From: an uncultured Rhizobacter sp.
Lineage (GTDB): Bacteria > Pseudomonadota > Gammaproteobacteria > Burkholderiales > Burkholderiaceae_C
NCBI GenBank assembly: GCA_966212105.1
Contig: CBIHPH010000004.1
Location: forward strand, 6,935-70,934
Direction: 5' to 3'
Length of the DNA: 64,000 nucleotides
Shown: one piece after another, positions 50,349 to 60,030 of the stretch
Numbering within the stretch: the stretch's first letter is position 1
How the letters are laid out: each line of letters begins with the position of its first letter
Notes under the pieces: model-generated
Told to the model about the DNA's origin: nothing
Databases searched by the model: none
Seen by the model: the letters and a program-made list of their open reading frames with translations, nothing else
Made by a program: the position numbers and the translations under genes

Positions 50349-52082
50349 ATGATCTCGTACCGCATCACGCCCGCCGACCTCCACGCCCACCTGTACCAGG
50401 TGACGGTGTCGGTGCCCCATCCCGCCGCCGAACAGGCCTTGAGCCTGCCGGTCTGGATACCCGGCAGCTACCTCGTGCGGGAGTTCGCACGCCATCTGTC
50501 GGCGGTGTCGGCGAGCCAGGGCCGGCGCGAGGTGCCATTGCGGCAGGCGGACAAGGCCACCTGGATCGCACAGTGCGAAGGCCGTGGCGCCCTCGTGGTC
50601 ACGTACACCGTCTATGCGTTCGACACCTCGGTGCGTGCCGCGTACCTCGATGCGGACCGGGGGTTCTTCAACGGCACCAGCGTGTGCCTGAGGGTGCATG
50701 GTCGCGAGGCGGAGCCCCATCGCCTCGAACTCGCCCGCCTGCCCAGGGGCTGGGACATCGCCACGTCGATGCCGCCCGCCGGTCCGCGCGGGGTGTTCGA
50801 GGCCGCGGGGTATGACGAGCTGGTGGACCACCCGGTCGAGCTGGGCCGCTTCTGGCGCGGCACGTTCAAGGCGGGCGGGGTTCCGCATGAATTCATCGTC
50901 GCCGGCGCCTTGCCCGACTTCGACGGCGACCGGCTGCTGGCCGACACCCGCCGCATCTGCGAGGCGCAGATCGCGTTCTGGCATGGGAAGAAGAAGCCTC
51001 CCTTCAAGCGCTATGTGTTCCTGCTCAACGGTGTGGACGATGGCTACGGTGGGCTGGAGCATCGCGCCAGCACCGCCTTGATCGCCGCGCGCCGTGACTT
51101 GCCGCAGCGCGGGCGCACCGAGCTGTCGGATGGCTACGTCACCCTGCTCGGGCTCATCAGCCACGAATACTTCCACACGTGGAACGTGAAGCGGTTGCGG
51201 CCCGGCGAATTCGCACGGTACGACTACACCCAGGAGAACTACACGTCGCTCTTGTGGTTCTTCGAAGGGTTCACCTCCTACTACGACGATCAATTCCTGT
51301 TGCGAACGGGCCTGATCGATCCCGCCCGTTACCTCAAGCTCGTCGCCAAGACGGTCACCGGTGTGCTTGCCATGCCGGGCCGCCATGTGCAAAGCGTTGC
51401 CCAGGCAAGTTTCGATGCCTGGGTGAAGTACTACCGCGGCGACGAGAACACGCCCAACGCCACCATCAGCTACTACACCAAGGGCGCCCTCGTGGCGCTC
51501 GCCATCGATCTCACCTTGCGTCACGAAGGCCGGGGCACGCTCGACGATGTGATGCGCGGCCTGTGGAGCCGCAGCGAGGGTGGCTCCATCAGCGAGGCGG
51601 ATATCGCTGCGGTGCTTCACGCTGTGGCGGGCCGGTCGATGGCCGATGAACTCGCGGCATGGGTGCATGGCACCGCCGACCTGCCGCTGCAGAAACTGCT
51701 GGTGCGTGTCGGGGTCAATTGGACGGTGCAGGCGCCCACGCTGGCACAACGGCTTGGTTTGCGCGTGTCGGAAGGCCCGCTCACCGGCATCAAGGTGCAG
51801 TCGGTGCTGCGCGGGGGGGCGGGCGAGGCGGCAGGGTTGTCGGCTGGCGATGAACTCCTGGCGGTCAACGACTGGCGTGTGCGCCGCCTTGACGATGCGG
51901 TGCGGCTGCTGCCCGCCTCAGGCGCGGTGGAGCTGCTGGTGGTGCGTGATGGCCGCGTGCGCCGGTTCCCGGCGTGGGTGCCGGATGCGGCCGAGGCCGG
52001 GGCGGTCACGCTGGCCCTGACGCCTGCGGCCAGCATCCCGGCGGGCGCTCTCGAACTGCGGCGGGCGTGGCTGCCCGATTGA
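50349..52082 (+). CDS. M61-family glycyl aminopeptidase with PDZ domain
   Basis: LPVWIPGSYLVREF, GGLEH, SHEYFHTWNVKR, LWFFEGFTSYY, ISYYTKG and a C-terminal PDZ. Confidence 0.93.
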   Translation: MISYRITPADLHAHLYQVTVSVPHPAAEQALSLPVWIPGSYLVREFARHLSAVSASQGRREVPLRQADKATWIAQCEGRGALVVTYTVYAFDTSVRAAYLDADRGFFNGTSVCLRVHGREAEPHRLELARLPRGWDIATSMPPAGPRGVFEAAGYDELVDHPVELGRFWRGTFKAGGVPHEFIVAGALPDFDGDRLLADTRRICEAQIAFWHGKKKPPFKRYVFLLNGVDDGYGGLEHRASTALIAARRDLPQRGRTELSDGYVTLLGLISHEYFHTWNVKRLRPGEFARYDYTQENYTSLLWFFEGFTSYYDDQFLLRTGLIDPARYLKLVAKTVTGVLAMPGRHVQSVAQASFDAWVKYYRGDENTPNATISYYTKGALVALAIDLTLRHEGRGTLDDVMRGLWSRSEGGSISEADIAAVLHAVAGRSMADELAAWVHGTADLPLQKLLVRVGVNWTVQAPTLAQRLGLRVSEGPLTGIKVQSVLRGGAGEAAGLSAGDELLAVNDWRVRRLDDAVRLLPASGAVELLVVRDGRVRRFPAWVPDAAEAGAVTLALTPAASIPAGALELRRAWLPD

Positions 52083-53146
52083 GCCGCCGCACACGCGCCG
52101 CGGGATGGGCCGTGCTGGTGGGCGCGGTCATCGCGGTGCACGGCTGCATCGTGGAACAGGTCGGCCAACGGCTCGCGGGCGTCCATCAGACCGACCCGAT
52201 GCCCGAACGCATGAAGGCCACCTATGTCCGCATGATGGAACTGGCCGAGCCGGTGCAGGTCGCCAAGACGGCGCCTGCGCCACGGCCGAAGCGGGTCGCG
52301 GCGGTGGCACCCGCGGCTCGCCCGGAGCTCCCTGCGTCAGCGGCATCGGAACGCGTGCCGGAGCCGGCGCCCGCACCGGAGTCTGCATCCGAACCGGCGT
52401 CAGCGCCGGAGGTGGCGGACGCCGCATCCATGCCTGTGGTGGCGCCCACCGAAGAGGCGGCCAGCGCGCCACCGTTCCAGTGGCCCAAGGCCACGCGCGT
52501 GAGCTTTGATCTGACGGGCTATTTCCGTGGGGAAGTGCACGGCTCTGCGCAGGTGGAATGGCTGCGCCAGGATGACCGATACCAGGTGCATCTGGATGTG
52601 TACGTGGGGCTCAAAGCCGCGCCGTTCATGTCGCGTCGCATGAGCAGCGAAGGCGTGATCACGGCCGACGGGCTGATGCCGCATCGCTACGACCAGCGCA
52701 CCAAATTTGTTTTCTCGTCCCCTGCGTGGTCCACCGTGATGCTCGAGCCCGACCACGTGCTGCTTGCCAATGGGCAACGGCGTGAACGCTGGGCCGGCGT
52801 GCAAGACAGCGCGAGCCAGTTCGTTCAACTCGCCTGGCGCTTCAGCACGCAACCGGACCTGCTGACACCTGGCGCGGCGATCACGGTGCCCCTGGCATTG
52901 CCGCGCGCGATGAGCCGCATGGTCTATGACGTGTCCGAACCCGAGCGCCTGGCCACGGGCTTTGGCGAGATGACCGTTTACCGGCTCAAGCCCCGCATGG
53001 TGCCGAAACCGGGTGGTGACCTGGCCGTGGAGATGTGGATTGCGCCGCAGTACCGGTATCTGCCGGTCCGGTTGAAGATCTACCAGGATGCAGAGACCTT
53101 CGTGGACTTGATGATCACGAAGCCACCGGAGCTGGGGGCTGAGTGA
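52079..53146 (+). CDS. DUF3108-like protein (start uncertain)
   Basis: N-terminal TM, Pro/Ala linker, SEGVITADGLMPHRY, GVQDSASQFVQL and WIAPQYRYLPVRL. Confidence 0.72.
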   Translation: MSRRTRAAGWAVLVGAVIAVHGCIVEQVGQRLAGVHQTDPMPERMKATYVRMMELAEPVQVAKTAPAPRPKRVAAVAPAARPELPASAASERVPEPAPAPESASEPASAPEVADAASMPVVAPTEEAASAPPFQWPKATRVSFDLTGYFRGEVHGSAQVEWLRQDDRYQVHLDVYVGLKAAPFMSRRMSSEGVITADGLMPHRYDQRTKFVFSSPAWSTVMLEPDHVLLANGQRRERWAGVQDSASQFVQLAWRFSTQPDLLTPGAAITVPLALPRAMSRMVYDVSEPERLATGFGEMTVYRLKPRMVPKPGGDLAVEMWIAPQYRYLPVRLKIYQDAETFVDLMITKPPELGAE

Positions 53147-53219
53147 TCGGTTGAACGTTGGGGCCTTGATGGGGCGCCATGGTGGGGGATGCCGCGTCGT
53201 CTGGCGGCAAAGTGCTCAC

Positions 53220-53549
53220 ATGGGCACGAAGGACTGTTTCGTTTACCTGATGGCGAGCCGGCGCAATGGGACGTTGTACGCGGGCTCGACGAGCGACCTC
53301 ATTCATCGGGTGTTCCAGCACAAATCGCGCACTTGTGATGGGTTCACGCAGCAACATCGGGTCGATCGACTGGTCTGGTTCGAAGTGCATGCGAGTGCTT
53401 ACGACATGGTGGTGCGCGAGCGGCGCATCAAGGAATGGCCTCGGGCGTGGAAGGTCGAATTGATCGAGGCATCGAATCCGCAGTGGCACGACCTTTACGG
53501 GGAACTTCTGGGGGGTGTGTCTCTTCGGCGGCGGGCTGGCGGCGCCTGA
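53220..53549 (+). CDS. Small stand-alone GIY-YIG nuclease
   Basis: FVYLMASRRNGTLYAGSTSDLIHRVFQHK...GFT...LVWFEVH...RERRIKEWPRAWKVELIEASNPQWHDLY; the Tyr, Arg, His and Glu core residues are retained. Confidence 0.9.
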   Translation: MGTKDCFVYLMASRRNGTLYAGSTSDLIHRVFQHKSRTCDGFTQQHRVDRLVWFEVHASAYDMVVRERRIKEWPRAWKVELIEASNPQWHDLYGELLGGVSLRRRAGGA

Positions 53550-53555
53550 AAAAAT

Positions 53556-53844
53556 GTCACCCCGGCGCGAAAGCCGGGGCCCACTGCGGCCAGTGGGTAC
53601 CGGCGTTCGCGGGTTTTCCTTGGGAAGGCTTGCGGCGCTTCAACCAGACCCGGGGGGGTGTGTGTGCTGTGCTTCAAACGAGGACACCCCGCCGAACCCG
53701 GGGGCCCACTGGGGCGAGTGGATACCGGCGTTCGCCGGTATGACGCAAGGGGGGGCGGGCGGCGGCTGAATTAACCTAGCACGTCACCCGGGCGAAAGCC
53801 GGGGCCCACTGGGGCGAGTGGGTATCGGCTTTCGCCGGTATGAC
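53556..53844. repeat. Cluster of three REP doublets directly after the GIY-YIG gene
   Basis: Doublets start at about 53556 (degenerate second half), 53683 and 53783. The last reads GTCACCCGGGCGAAAGCCGGGGCCCA-N10-TGGGTATCGGCTTTCGCCGGTATGAC. Confidence 0.9.
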
Positions 53845-53851
53845 AGGCGCT

Positions 53852-55348
53852 TCAACCCTCTTTGCGCAATGAAGGAAACAGGATCACGTCCCGAATGCTC
53901 GGCGAATCCGTCACGAGCATCATCAACCGGTCCAGCCCGATGCCGCAACCACCCGTGGGAGGCATGCCGTACTCGAGCGCCCGGATGAAGTCGGCGTCGT
54001 AGTACATGGCCTCCTCGTCGCCGGCTTCCTTGTTGGCCGCCTGGGCCTGGAAGCGGGCCGCCTGGTCCTCGGCATCGTTCAGCTCGGAGAAGCCGTTCGC
54101 ATATTCGCGCCCGGTGATGAAGAGCTCGAAGCGTTCGGTGATGGCCGGGTTGGTGTCGGAAGCGCGCGCCAGCGGTGAGACTTCGACCGGGTAGTCGATG
54201 ATGAAGGTGGGGTTCCAGAGCTGTTCTTCCACCACCGCCTCGAAGAGACCGAATTGCAGCTCCGGAAGCTTCCAGTGCGCGGGGGCTTCTTCGCCGGCTT
54301 TCTTCAGCCGGGCGCGCAGCACCTCGGCGTCGTCGGCTTCGGCTTCGGTGAGGCCGGCATGGGCCACGAGTGAATCGCGCACGGTCAGGCGGGCGAATGC
54401 CGGCTCCAGGTCCACCGGCTTGCCGCCGTAGGTGAGCGTGGCCGAGCCCGTGGCCTGGCGTGCCGCGTGGCGCAGCACGTTTTCGGTGAAGTCCATCAGG
54501 TCGTGGTGGTTCCAGTACGCCGCGTAGAACTCCATCATCGTGAATTCCGGGTTGTGCCGGACCGAGATGCCTTCGTTGCGGAAGCTGCGGTTGATCTCGA
54601 ACACGCGCTCGAAGCCGCCCACGATCAGGCGCTTGAGGTACAGCTCGGGTGCGATGCGCAGGAACATGTCCTGGTCGAGCGCGTTGTGGTGCGTGACGAA
54701 CGGTTTGGCGTTGGCCCCGCCCGGGATCGGGTGCAGCATCGGCGTTTCGACTTCCATGAAGCCGTTGTCCACCATGTACTGGCGGATGGAGCTGATGGCG
54801 CGGCTGCGCGCGGCGAAGCGCTTGCGGGCGTCTTCGTCGGTGATCAGGTCCACGTAGCGCTGGCGGTATTTCTGCTCCTGGTCGCTCATGCCGTGGAATT
54901 TGTCGGGCAGCGGGCGCAGGCTCTTGGTCAGCAGGCGCAGCGCCGTGACCTTGATGGAGAGCTCGCCGGTCTTGGTCTTGAAGAGCGTGCCCTCGGCGCC
55001 GAGGATGTCGCCCAGGTCGTAGTGCTTGAATGCAGCGTACGCCTCCTCGCCGATGCCGTCGCGCGATACATACAGCTGGATGCGGCCGGTGGCGTCCTGC
55101 AAGGTGGCGAAACTCGCCTTGCCCATCACCCGTTTGAGCATCAGCCGGCCGGCCACGGTCGCCGCAATGTTCTGCGGTTCGAGCGTTTCGTTGTCCTTGT
55201 CGCCGTGTTCGCCCGACAAGGCCGCGGCACGGTGTGCCGGTTTGAAGTCGTTCGGGAAGGCCACGCCCTGCTGGCGGATGGCCGCAAGCTTTTCGCGCCG
55301 TTCGGCAATCAGCTGGTTCTCGTCGGAGGTGAGGATCGGTTGGTTCAT
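53852..55348 (-). CDS. lysS: Lysine--tRNA ligase (class II)
   Basis: [43 protein letters not shown]...[11 protein letters not shown] and [17 protein letters not shown]. Confidence 0.98.
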   Translation of the reverse strand: MNQPILTSDENQLIAERREKLAAIRQQGVAFPNDFKPAHRAAALSGEHGDKDNETLEPQNIAATVAGRLMLKRVMGKASFATLQDATGRIQLYVSRDGIGEEAYAAFKHYDLGDILGAEGTLFKTKTGELSIKVTALRLLTKSLRPLPDKFHGMSDQEQKYRQRYVDLITDEDARKRFAARSRAISSIRQYMVDNGFMEVETPMLHPIPGGANAKPFVTHHNALDQDMFLRIAPELYLKRLIVGGFERVFEINRSFRNEGISVRHNPEFTMMEFYAAYWNHHDLMDFTENVLRHAARQATGSATLTYGGKPVDLEPAFARLTVRDSLVAHAGLTEAEADDAEVLRARLKKAGEEAPAHWKLPELQFGLFEAVVEEQLWNPTFIIDYPVEVSPLARASDTNPAITERFELFITGREYANGFSELNDAEDQAARFQAQAANKEAGDEEAMYYDADFIRALEYGMPPTGGCGIGLDRLMMLVTDSPSIRDVILFPSLRKEG

Positions 55349-55368
55349 GGGGGGTTCTCGGTGCGGCC

Positions 55369-55429
55369 GCAATTTTATGCGGCTGCGCAGGAACCCCCGG
55401 CGCGCGCAGTACGGGGCGCATAAAATTGC
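55369..55429. promoter_or_regulatory. Divergent promoter region with a perfect 13-bp inverted repeat
   Basis: GCAATTTTATGCG (55369-55381) and CGCATAAAATTGC (55417-55429); each arm carries an outward-facing TAAAAT -10-like hexamer. Confidence 0.6.
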
Positions 55430-55465
55430 CGGCTTTACCCGGCGCTCCGCCCGGAAAGAGCTTTC

Positions 55466-56524
55466 ATGCCCGTACCGTCCGTCATCCGTGATCGCAAACT
55501 GCGTTTGGCACTGGTGGGCTGCGGCCGCATCTCGAAAAATCACATCGAGGCGCTCAAGCAGCACGCCGACCGCGCGGAATGGGTCGCCGTGTGCGATACG
55601 CATTCCGAATCGCTCGTCCGTGCCGCCGCGGACACCGGCGCACCCGGGTATTCGTCCCTGGACGACCTGCTCGCCAACAGCCGCCCCGACCTGGTCGTGC
55701 TGGCCACACCGAGCGGCCTGCATCCGCAGCAGGCCATCCGGGTGGCCCAGGCCGGCTGCCATGTGCTCAGCGAGAAGCCGATGGCCACCAAATGGGACGA
55801 GGGCGTGGCCATGGTGCGCGCCTGCCGCGATGCCAGCGTGAAGCTGTTCGTCGTGAAGCAGAACCGCCTGAACGCCACGCTCCAGCTCGTCAAGCGCGCG
55901 GTGGACCAGGGGCGCTTCGGCCGTCTGGCGATGGTCAACGTCAACGTCTTCTGGACCCGTCCCCAGGCCTACTACGACGCCGCCCCGTGGCGCGGCCGCT
56001 GGGACATGGATGGCGGTGCTTTCATGAACCAGGCGAGCCATTACGTCGACATGGTCGACTGGCTCGTGGGTCCGGTCGACAACGTGCACGCCTACACCGC
56101 CACGCTCGGCCGCAACATCGAGGCCGAGGACACCGGCGTGATGAGCCTGCGCCTGCGCAGCGGGGCGCTGGCCTCGATCAACGTGACGATGCTCACGCAC
56201 AACAAGAATTTCGAAGGCAGCATCACGCTGCTGGGCGAACGCGGCACGGTGCGGGTCGGCGGCGTGGCCGTCAACCAGATCGAGCATTGGGAGTTCGACA
56301 CGCCGCATGAGGACGACGCCCTGGTCCAGCAGGCGAGCTACGGCGTCGAAAGCGTGTATGGCCCCGGCCATCCGCTGTATTACGACAACGTCATCCGCAC
56401 CTTGCGTGGCGAGGCCCAGGCCCAGGTCGACGGTTACGAGGGGCTGCGTTCGCTCGAGGTGCTGATCGCGGCGTACCGCTCGGCGCGCGACGGCGTGCGC
56501 GTGGGCCTGCCGCTGGTGTTCTGA
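55466..56524 (+). CDS. wbpB: Gfo/Idh/MocA oxidoreductase, WbpB/WlbA-like UDP-GlcNAcA 3-dehydrogenase
   Basis: [26 protein letters not shown] and [14 protein letters not shown]; first gene of a wlbA-B-C-like triplet. Confidence 0.85.
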   Translation: MPVPSVIRDRKLRLALVGCGRISKNHIEALKQHADRAEWVAVCDTHSESLVRAAADTGAPGYSSLDDLLANSRPDLVVLATPSGLHPQQAIRVAQAGCHVLSEKPMATKWDEGVAMVRACRDASVKLFVVKQNRLNATLQLVKRAVDQGRFGRLAMVNVNVFWTRPQAYYDAAPWRGRWDMDGGAFMNQASHYVDMVDWLVGPVDNVHAYTATLGRNIEAEDTGVMSLRLRSGALASINVTMLTHNKNFEGSITLLGERGTVRVGGVAVNQIEHWEFDTPHEDDALVQQASYGVESVYGPGHPLYYDNVIRTLRGEAQAQVDGYEGLRSLEVLIAAYRSARDGVRVGLPLVF

Positions 56525-57108
56525 TGACGGCCGCCGCTCATGTCCATCCGTCGGCGATCGTCGACGACGGCGCCACGCTCGGCGCCGGTACCCGTGTCTG
56601 GCACTTTGCCCATGTGTGCGCGGGCGCCCGCATCGGCGAAGCTTGTTCGCTGGGGCAGGGCACTTATGTCGGCAACGACGTGGTGATCGGCCGCAATGTG
56701 AAGATCCAGAACAACGTGTCCGTGTACGACGCCGTGACGCTGGAGGACGATGTGTTCTGCGGCCCGAGCATGGTGTTCACGAATGTGTTCAACCCACGCT
56801 CGGCCGTGGTGCGCAAGCATGAGTACCGCCGCACCCTCGTGCGCCAGGGCGCCACGCTGGGGGCCAACTGCACCATCGTGTGCGGGATCACGGTGGGAGC
56901 CTATGCCTTCGTGGGCGCGGGCGCCGTGGTGAGCCGCGATGTGCCGGCGTTCGCGCTCGTGGTGGGGGTGCCTGCCAGGCAGATCGGCTGGATGAGCCGG
57001 CACGGCGAGAGGCTTGCGCTGCCGCTCGAAGGCGACGGGGAGGCCACGTGCCCCGTCACCGGTGAACAGTACCGGGTGCGCGGCGGCATCTGCGAGGTGG
57101 TGGCATGA
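56524..57108 (+). CDS. wbpD: Hexapeptide N-acetyltransferase, WbpD/WlbB-like
   Basis: VWHFAHVC...[10 protein letters not shown]...[16 protein letters not shown]...[10 protein letters not shown]. Confidence 0.9.
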   Translation: MTAAAHVHPSAIVDDGATLGAGTRVWHFAHVCAGARIGEACSLGQGTYVGNDVVIGRNVKIQNNVSVYDAVTLEDDVFCGPSMVFTNVFNPRSAVVRKHEYRRTLVRQGATLGANCTIVCGITVGAYAFVGAGAVVSRDVPAFALVVGVPARQIGWMSRHGERLALPLEGDGEATCPVTGEQYRVRGGICEVVA

Positions 57109-58205
57109 GCGCCTTGCCGTTCATCGACCTCGCCTCCCAGTACCAGGCGCTCAAGCCCCGCATCGCCGAGCGCATGCAGCGCGTGCTGGACCATGGCCAG
57201 TACATCATGGGGCCGGAAGTGGCCGAGCTGGAGGGCCGGCTCACGGCCTTCACCGGGGCCGGCCACTGCATCACCGTGTCGAGTGGCACGGAGGCGCTGC
57301 TGATCTCGCTGATGGCGCTGGGCGTGAAGCCCGGCGATGAAATCATCACCACGCCGTTCACCTTTGCCGCCACGGCCGAAGTGGTCGTGCTGCTGGGCGC
57401 GGTGCCTGTGTTCGTCGACATCGAGGCCGACACCTGCAACCTCGACGTCTCGCAGGTGGAAGCCCGCATCACGCCGCGCACCCGGGCCATCATGCCGGTG
57501 AGCCTGTACGGCCAGGTGGCCGACATGGCGCCGCTGAACGACATCGCGGCGCGCCATGGCCTGGCCGTGATCGAAGATGCCGCGCAGAGTTTCGGTGCCA
57601 CCTACCAGGGCCGCCGCAGCGGGGCGCTGAGCACCTTCGGCTGCACCAGTTTCTTCCCGAGCAAGCCGCTCGGCTGCTACGGGGACGGCGGCGCCATCTT
57701 CACGAGCGACGATGCGTTCGCCCAGGCGTGCCGGGAGATCCGCGTGCACGGCCAGAGCGCGCGCTACACCCACACCCGCGTCGGCGTGGGAGGGCGCATG
57801 GACACGCTGCAATGCGCCGTGGTGCTGGCCAAGCTCGAACGCTTCGAGTGGGAGCTGCAGCGCCGCCGCGAGATCGGTGCGCGCTACGCCGAACTGCTGG
57901 CGGACAGCGGGGTGGGCCTGCTGGCCGTGCGCCCCGACCGCGATTGCGTGTGGGGCCAGTACACCGTGTTCGTCGATGGACGGGCCGAGGTGCAGGCCCG
58001 CCTGCAGGCCGCAGGCATTCCCACGGCGGTGCATTACCCGAAGCCGCTGCATCGCCAGCCGGCTTATGCCGCGTTTGCCGGCGACGGCCACTTCCCCCAA
58101 AGCGATGCCGCGAGCGAACGGGTGATGAGCCTGCCGATGAGTGCCGACCTCACCGAAGCACAGCAAGACCGCGTCGCCCGGGCGCTGCGCCAGTCGTTGG
58201 CCTGA
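57105..58205 (+). CDS. wbpE: DegT-family aminotransferase, WbpE/WlbC-like
   Basis: [26 protein letters not shown] and [17 protein letters not shown]. Confidence 0.9.
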   Translation: MSALPFIDLASQYQALKPRIAERMQRVLDHGQYIMGPEVAELEGRLTAFTGAGHCITVSSGTEALLISLMALGVKPGDEIITTPFTFAATAEVVVLLGAVPVFVDIEADTCNLDVSQVEARITPRTRAIMPVSLYGQVADMAPLNDIAARHGLAVIEDAAQSFGATYQGRRSGALSTFGCTSFFPSKPLGCYGDGGAIFTSDDAFAQACREIRVHGQSARYTHTRVGVGGRMDTLQCAVVLAKLERFEWELQRRREIGARYAELLADSGVGLLAVRPDRDCVWGQYTVFVDGRAEVQARLQAAGIPTAVHYPKPLHRQPAYAAFAGDGHFPQSDAASERVMSLPMSADLTEAQQDRVARALRQSLA

Positions 58206-58208
58206 CCC

Positions 58209-59444
58209 ATGCACGGCCGGCCCGATGGTCTGCTGAAAGCGACGCTGACCCTGCTGGCCGGCGGCGCGCTCGCGCAGGCGCTGCCGCTGCTGCTCGGGCC
58301 CTGGCTGGCCCGGCTCTACACGCCGGGTGAATTCGGCCATTACACGGTGTTTGCCGCGATCGTGTCCAACATTGCGGTGGTGGCCTGCGCCCGCTACGAC
58401 TTCGCATTGCCATTGACCCGGGACGATGCGGAGGCGCGCGACCTCCTGGCCCTGTGCCTGCGCCTGCTGCTGGCCGTGACATTGCTGTGCATCCCGCTCG
58501 GGGCGCTGGCCGGCCTGGCGGGTCTGTTGCCGGCCTGGCAGTGGTTGCCGCTGGCCGTGGGTGCCGCGGGACTGGTGCAGTGTCTCACGCTGTGGGCGAC
58601 CCGGGCGCAGCACTTCAGGCGCCTGTCCGGCAGCCGGGTGACGCAGTATGGCGGCGCTGCCGTGGCGCAGGTGGCCGGTGGCGTGGCGCACCTCGGTGTG
58701 CCCGGGCTCGTGGTGGGCCCCGTGTTCGCCGCGTTGGCCGCCTGTGCCTGGCTGTTGCGCCCGCTGCCACCCGGCGGCTGGCGCGCGCTGTGGCAGGTAC
58801 CCCGGTCGGCCCTCGGTGAGGTGGCTCGCCGCTTTCGCGAATTCCCGTTGCTCAACACGCCCCATGCGTTCGCAGGCGCATTGCAGGACACACTCACCGT
58901 GGCCTTGCTGGTGGCCTGGACGGGCGAGGCTTCGGCCGGCTTCTGGGGCCTGGCCTTGAGGTACCTGAAGGCGCCGGCCACGCTGGTGGGCGGCGCGGTG
59001 TCGCAGGCGCTCTACCCGAAGCTGGCCCATGCCGCGCCGGACGAGGCGCGCCGTGCCGTTCGACGCGTGATGGCCATGCTGGCACTGGTGGCCGTGCCGC
59101 TCGTGCTGGTGCTGATGATCGCCGGGCCGCTGCTCTTCGCATGGCTCTTCGGTGAACGTTGGCAGCCGGCCGGCGAGCTGGCACGGGCGCTGGCCCCGTA
59201 CATCGGGGTGCATTTCATCGCGGCGCCTCTGGCCGTCGTGACCCTCGCCTGGCGGGCCCAGGGCTGGGCGCTGCGGGTGGCACTCGGCGGGCAGGTCGTG
59301 TTTCTGGTGTCGCTGGCCACCGGGCTGCATGTCGGCGGGCTGCTGGCGGGCGCCTGGGCCGTGTCGGCGGGCATGACGCTCTACTTCGGGGCCTATTTCT
59401 GGTGGCTCGCAACCTGGAAGGAGGTGCCTCATGGCGTGGCTTAG
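58209..59444 (+). CDS. Wzx-like polysaccharide flippase
   Basis: Multiple TM segments; LAQAL...LARLYTPGEFG N-terminal motif; position within the cluster. Confidence 0.78.
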   Translation: MHGRPDGLLKATLTLLAGGALAQALPLLLGPWLARLYTPGEFGHYTVFAAIVSNIAVVACARYDFALPLTRDDAEARDLLALCLRLLLAVTLLCIPLGALAGLAGLLPAWQWLPLAVGAAGLVQCLTLWATRAQHFRRLSGSRVTQYGGAAVAQVAGGVAHLGVPGLVVGPVFAALAACAWLLRPLPPGGWRALWQVPRSALGEVARRFREFPLLNTPHAFAGALQDTLTVALLVAWTGEASAGFWGLALRYLKAPATLVGGAVSQALYPKLAHAAPDEARRAVRRVMAMLALVAVPLVLVLMIAGPLLFAWLFGERWQPAGELARALAPYIGVHFIAAPLAVVTLAWRAQGWALRVALGGQVVFLVSLATGLHVGGLLAGAWAVSAGMTLYFGAYFWWLATWKEVPHGVA

Positions 59445-60030
59445 GGCCTGGATCAACCGCGCTCGCCGGTGGCTGTGGCACCGGCTCTTCTTTCGCATGC
59501 TGTTCGGCGAGCGCGGGCACGACGGCCGTGCGTTGCCGCTGACCCGGGTATCGCCAAGCACCTGCATCGAGCATGAGGACCGTCTGGTGCTGGCCGACGA
59601 TGTGTTCATCGGCCACTTCAACTTCATCGAGGCCAGCCACGGGGTTCGCATCGACACGGGCGTGCAGGTGACGAACTACGTCAGCATCGTGAGCCACAGT
59701 TCGCACCGCAGCCTGCGGCTGATGGGGCACGCCTTCCACAAGGTGCCCGACAGCGGCCGGCCGGGCTTCATCGGCGGGCCGGTTCACATCGGCGCGTTCA
59801 GCTTCATCGGGCCCCATTGCGTGATCGAGGCCAACACCACCATCGGCACCGGGTGCCTGGTGCTGTCGCACAGCCGTGTGCGCGGCACCTTCCCGGATTT
59901 CGCGGTGATTGGCGGTGTACCGGCCCGCGTGGTGGGCGACACCCGCGACACCGATGCCGCGCTGCTGGAGAAGCACCCGCAATGGCGCGCCCATTACGAA
60001 GCCTGGGCCCACGGCGGGAGTGGGGGATGA
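59431..60030 (+). CDS. Hexapeptide-repeat acyltransferase
   Basis: VFIG/VRID/VHIG repeats and GGVPARVV. Confidence 0.82.
   Translation: MAWLRAWINRARRWLWHRLFFRMLFGERGHDGRALPLTRVSPSTCIEHEDRLVLADDVFIGHFNFIEASHGVRIDTGVQVTNYVSIVSHSSHRSLRLMGHAFHKVPDSGRPGFIGGPVHIGAFSFIGPHCVIEANTTIGTGCLVLSHSRVRGTFPDFAVIGGVPARVVGDTRDTDAALLEKHPQWRAHYEAWAHGGSGG

Noticed and set aside
53852..56371. N-terminally extended ORF-track versions of lysS (839 aa), AsmA (1035 aa), rapZ (560 aa), mutM and the TPR protein as fusions
   Set aside because: The extensions overlap neighbouring real genes and family homology starts at internal ATGs, so starts were trimmed.
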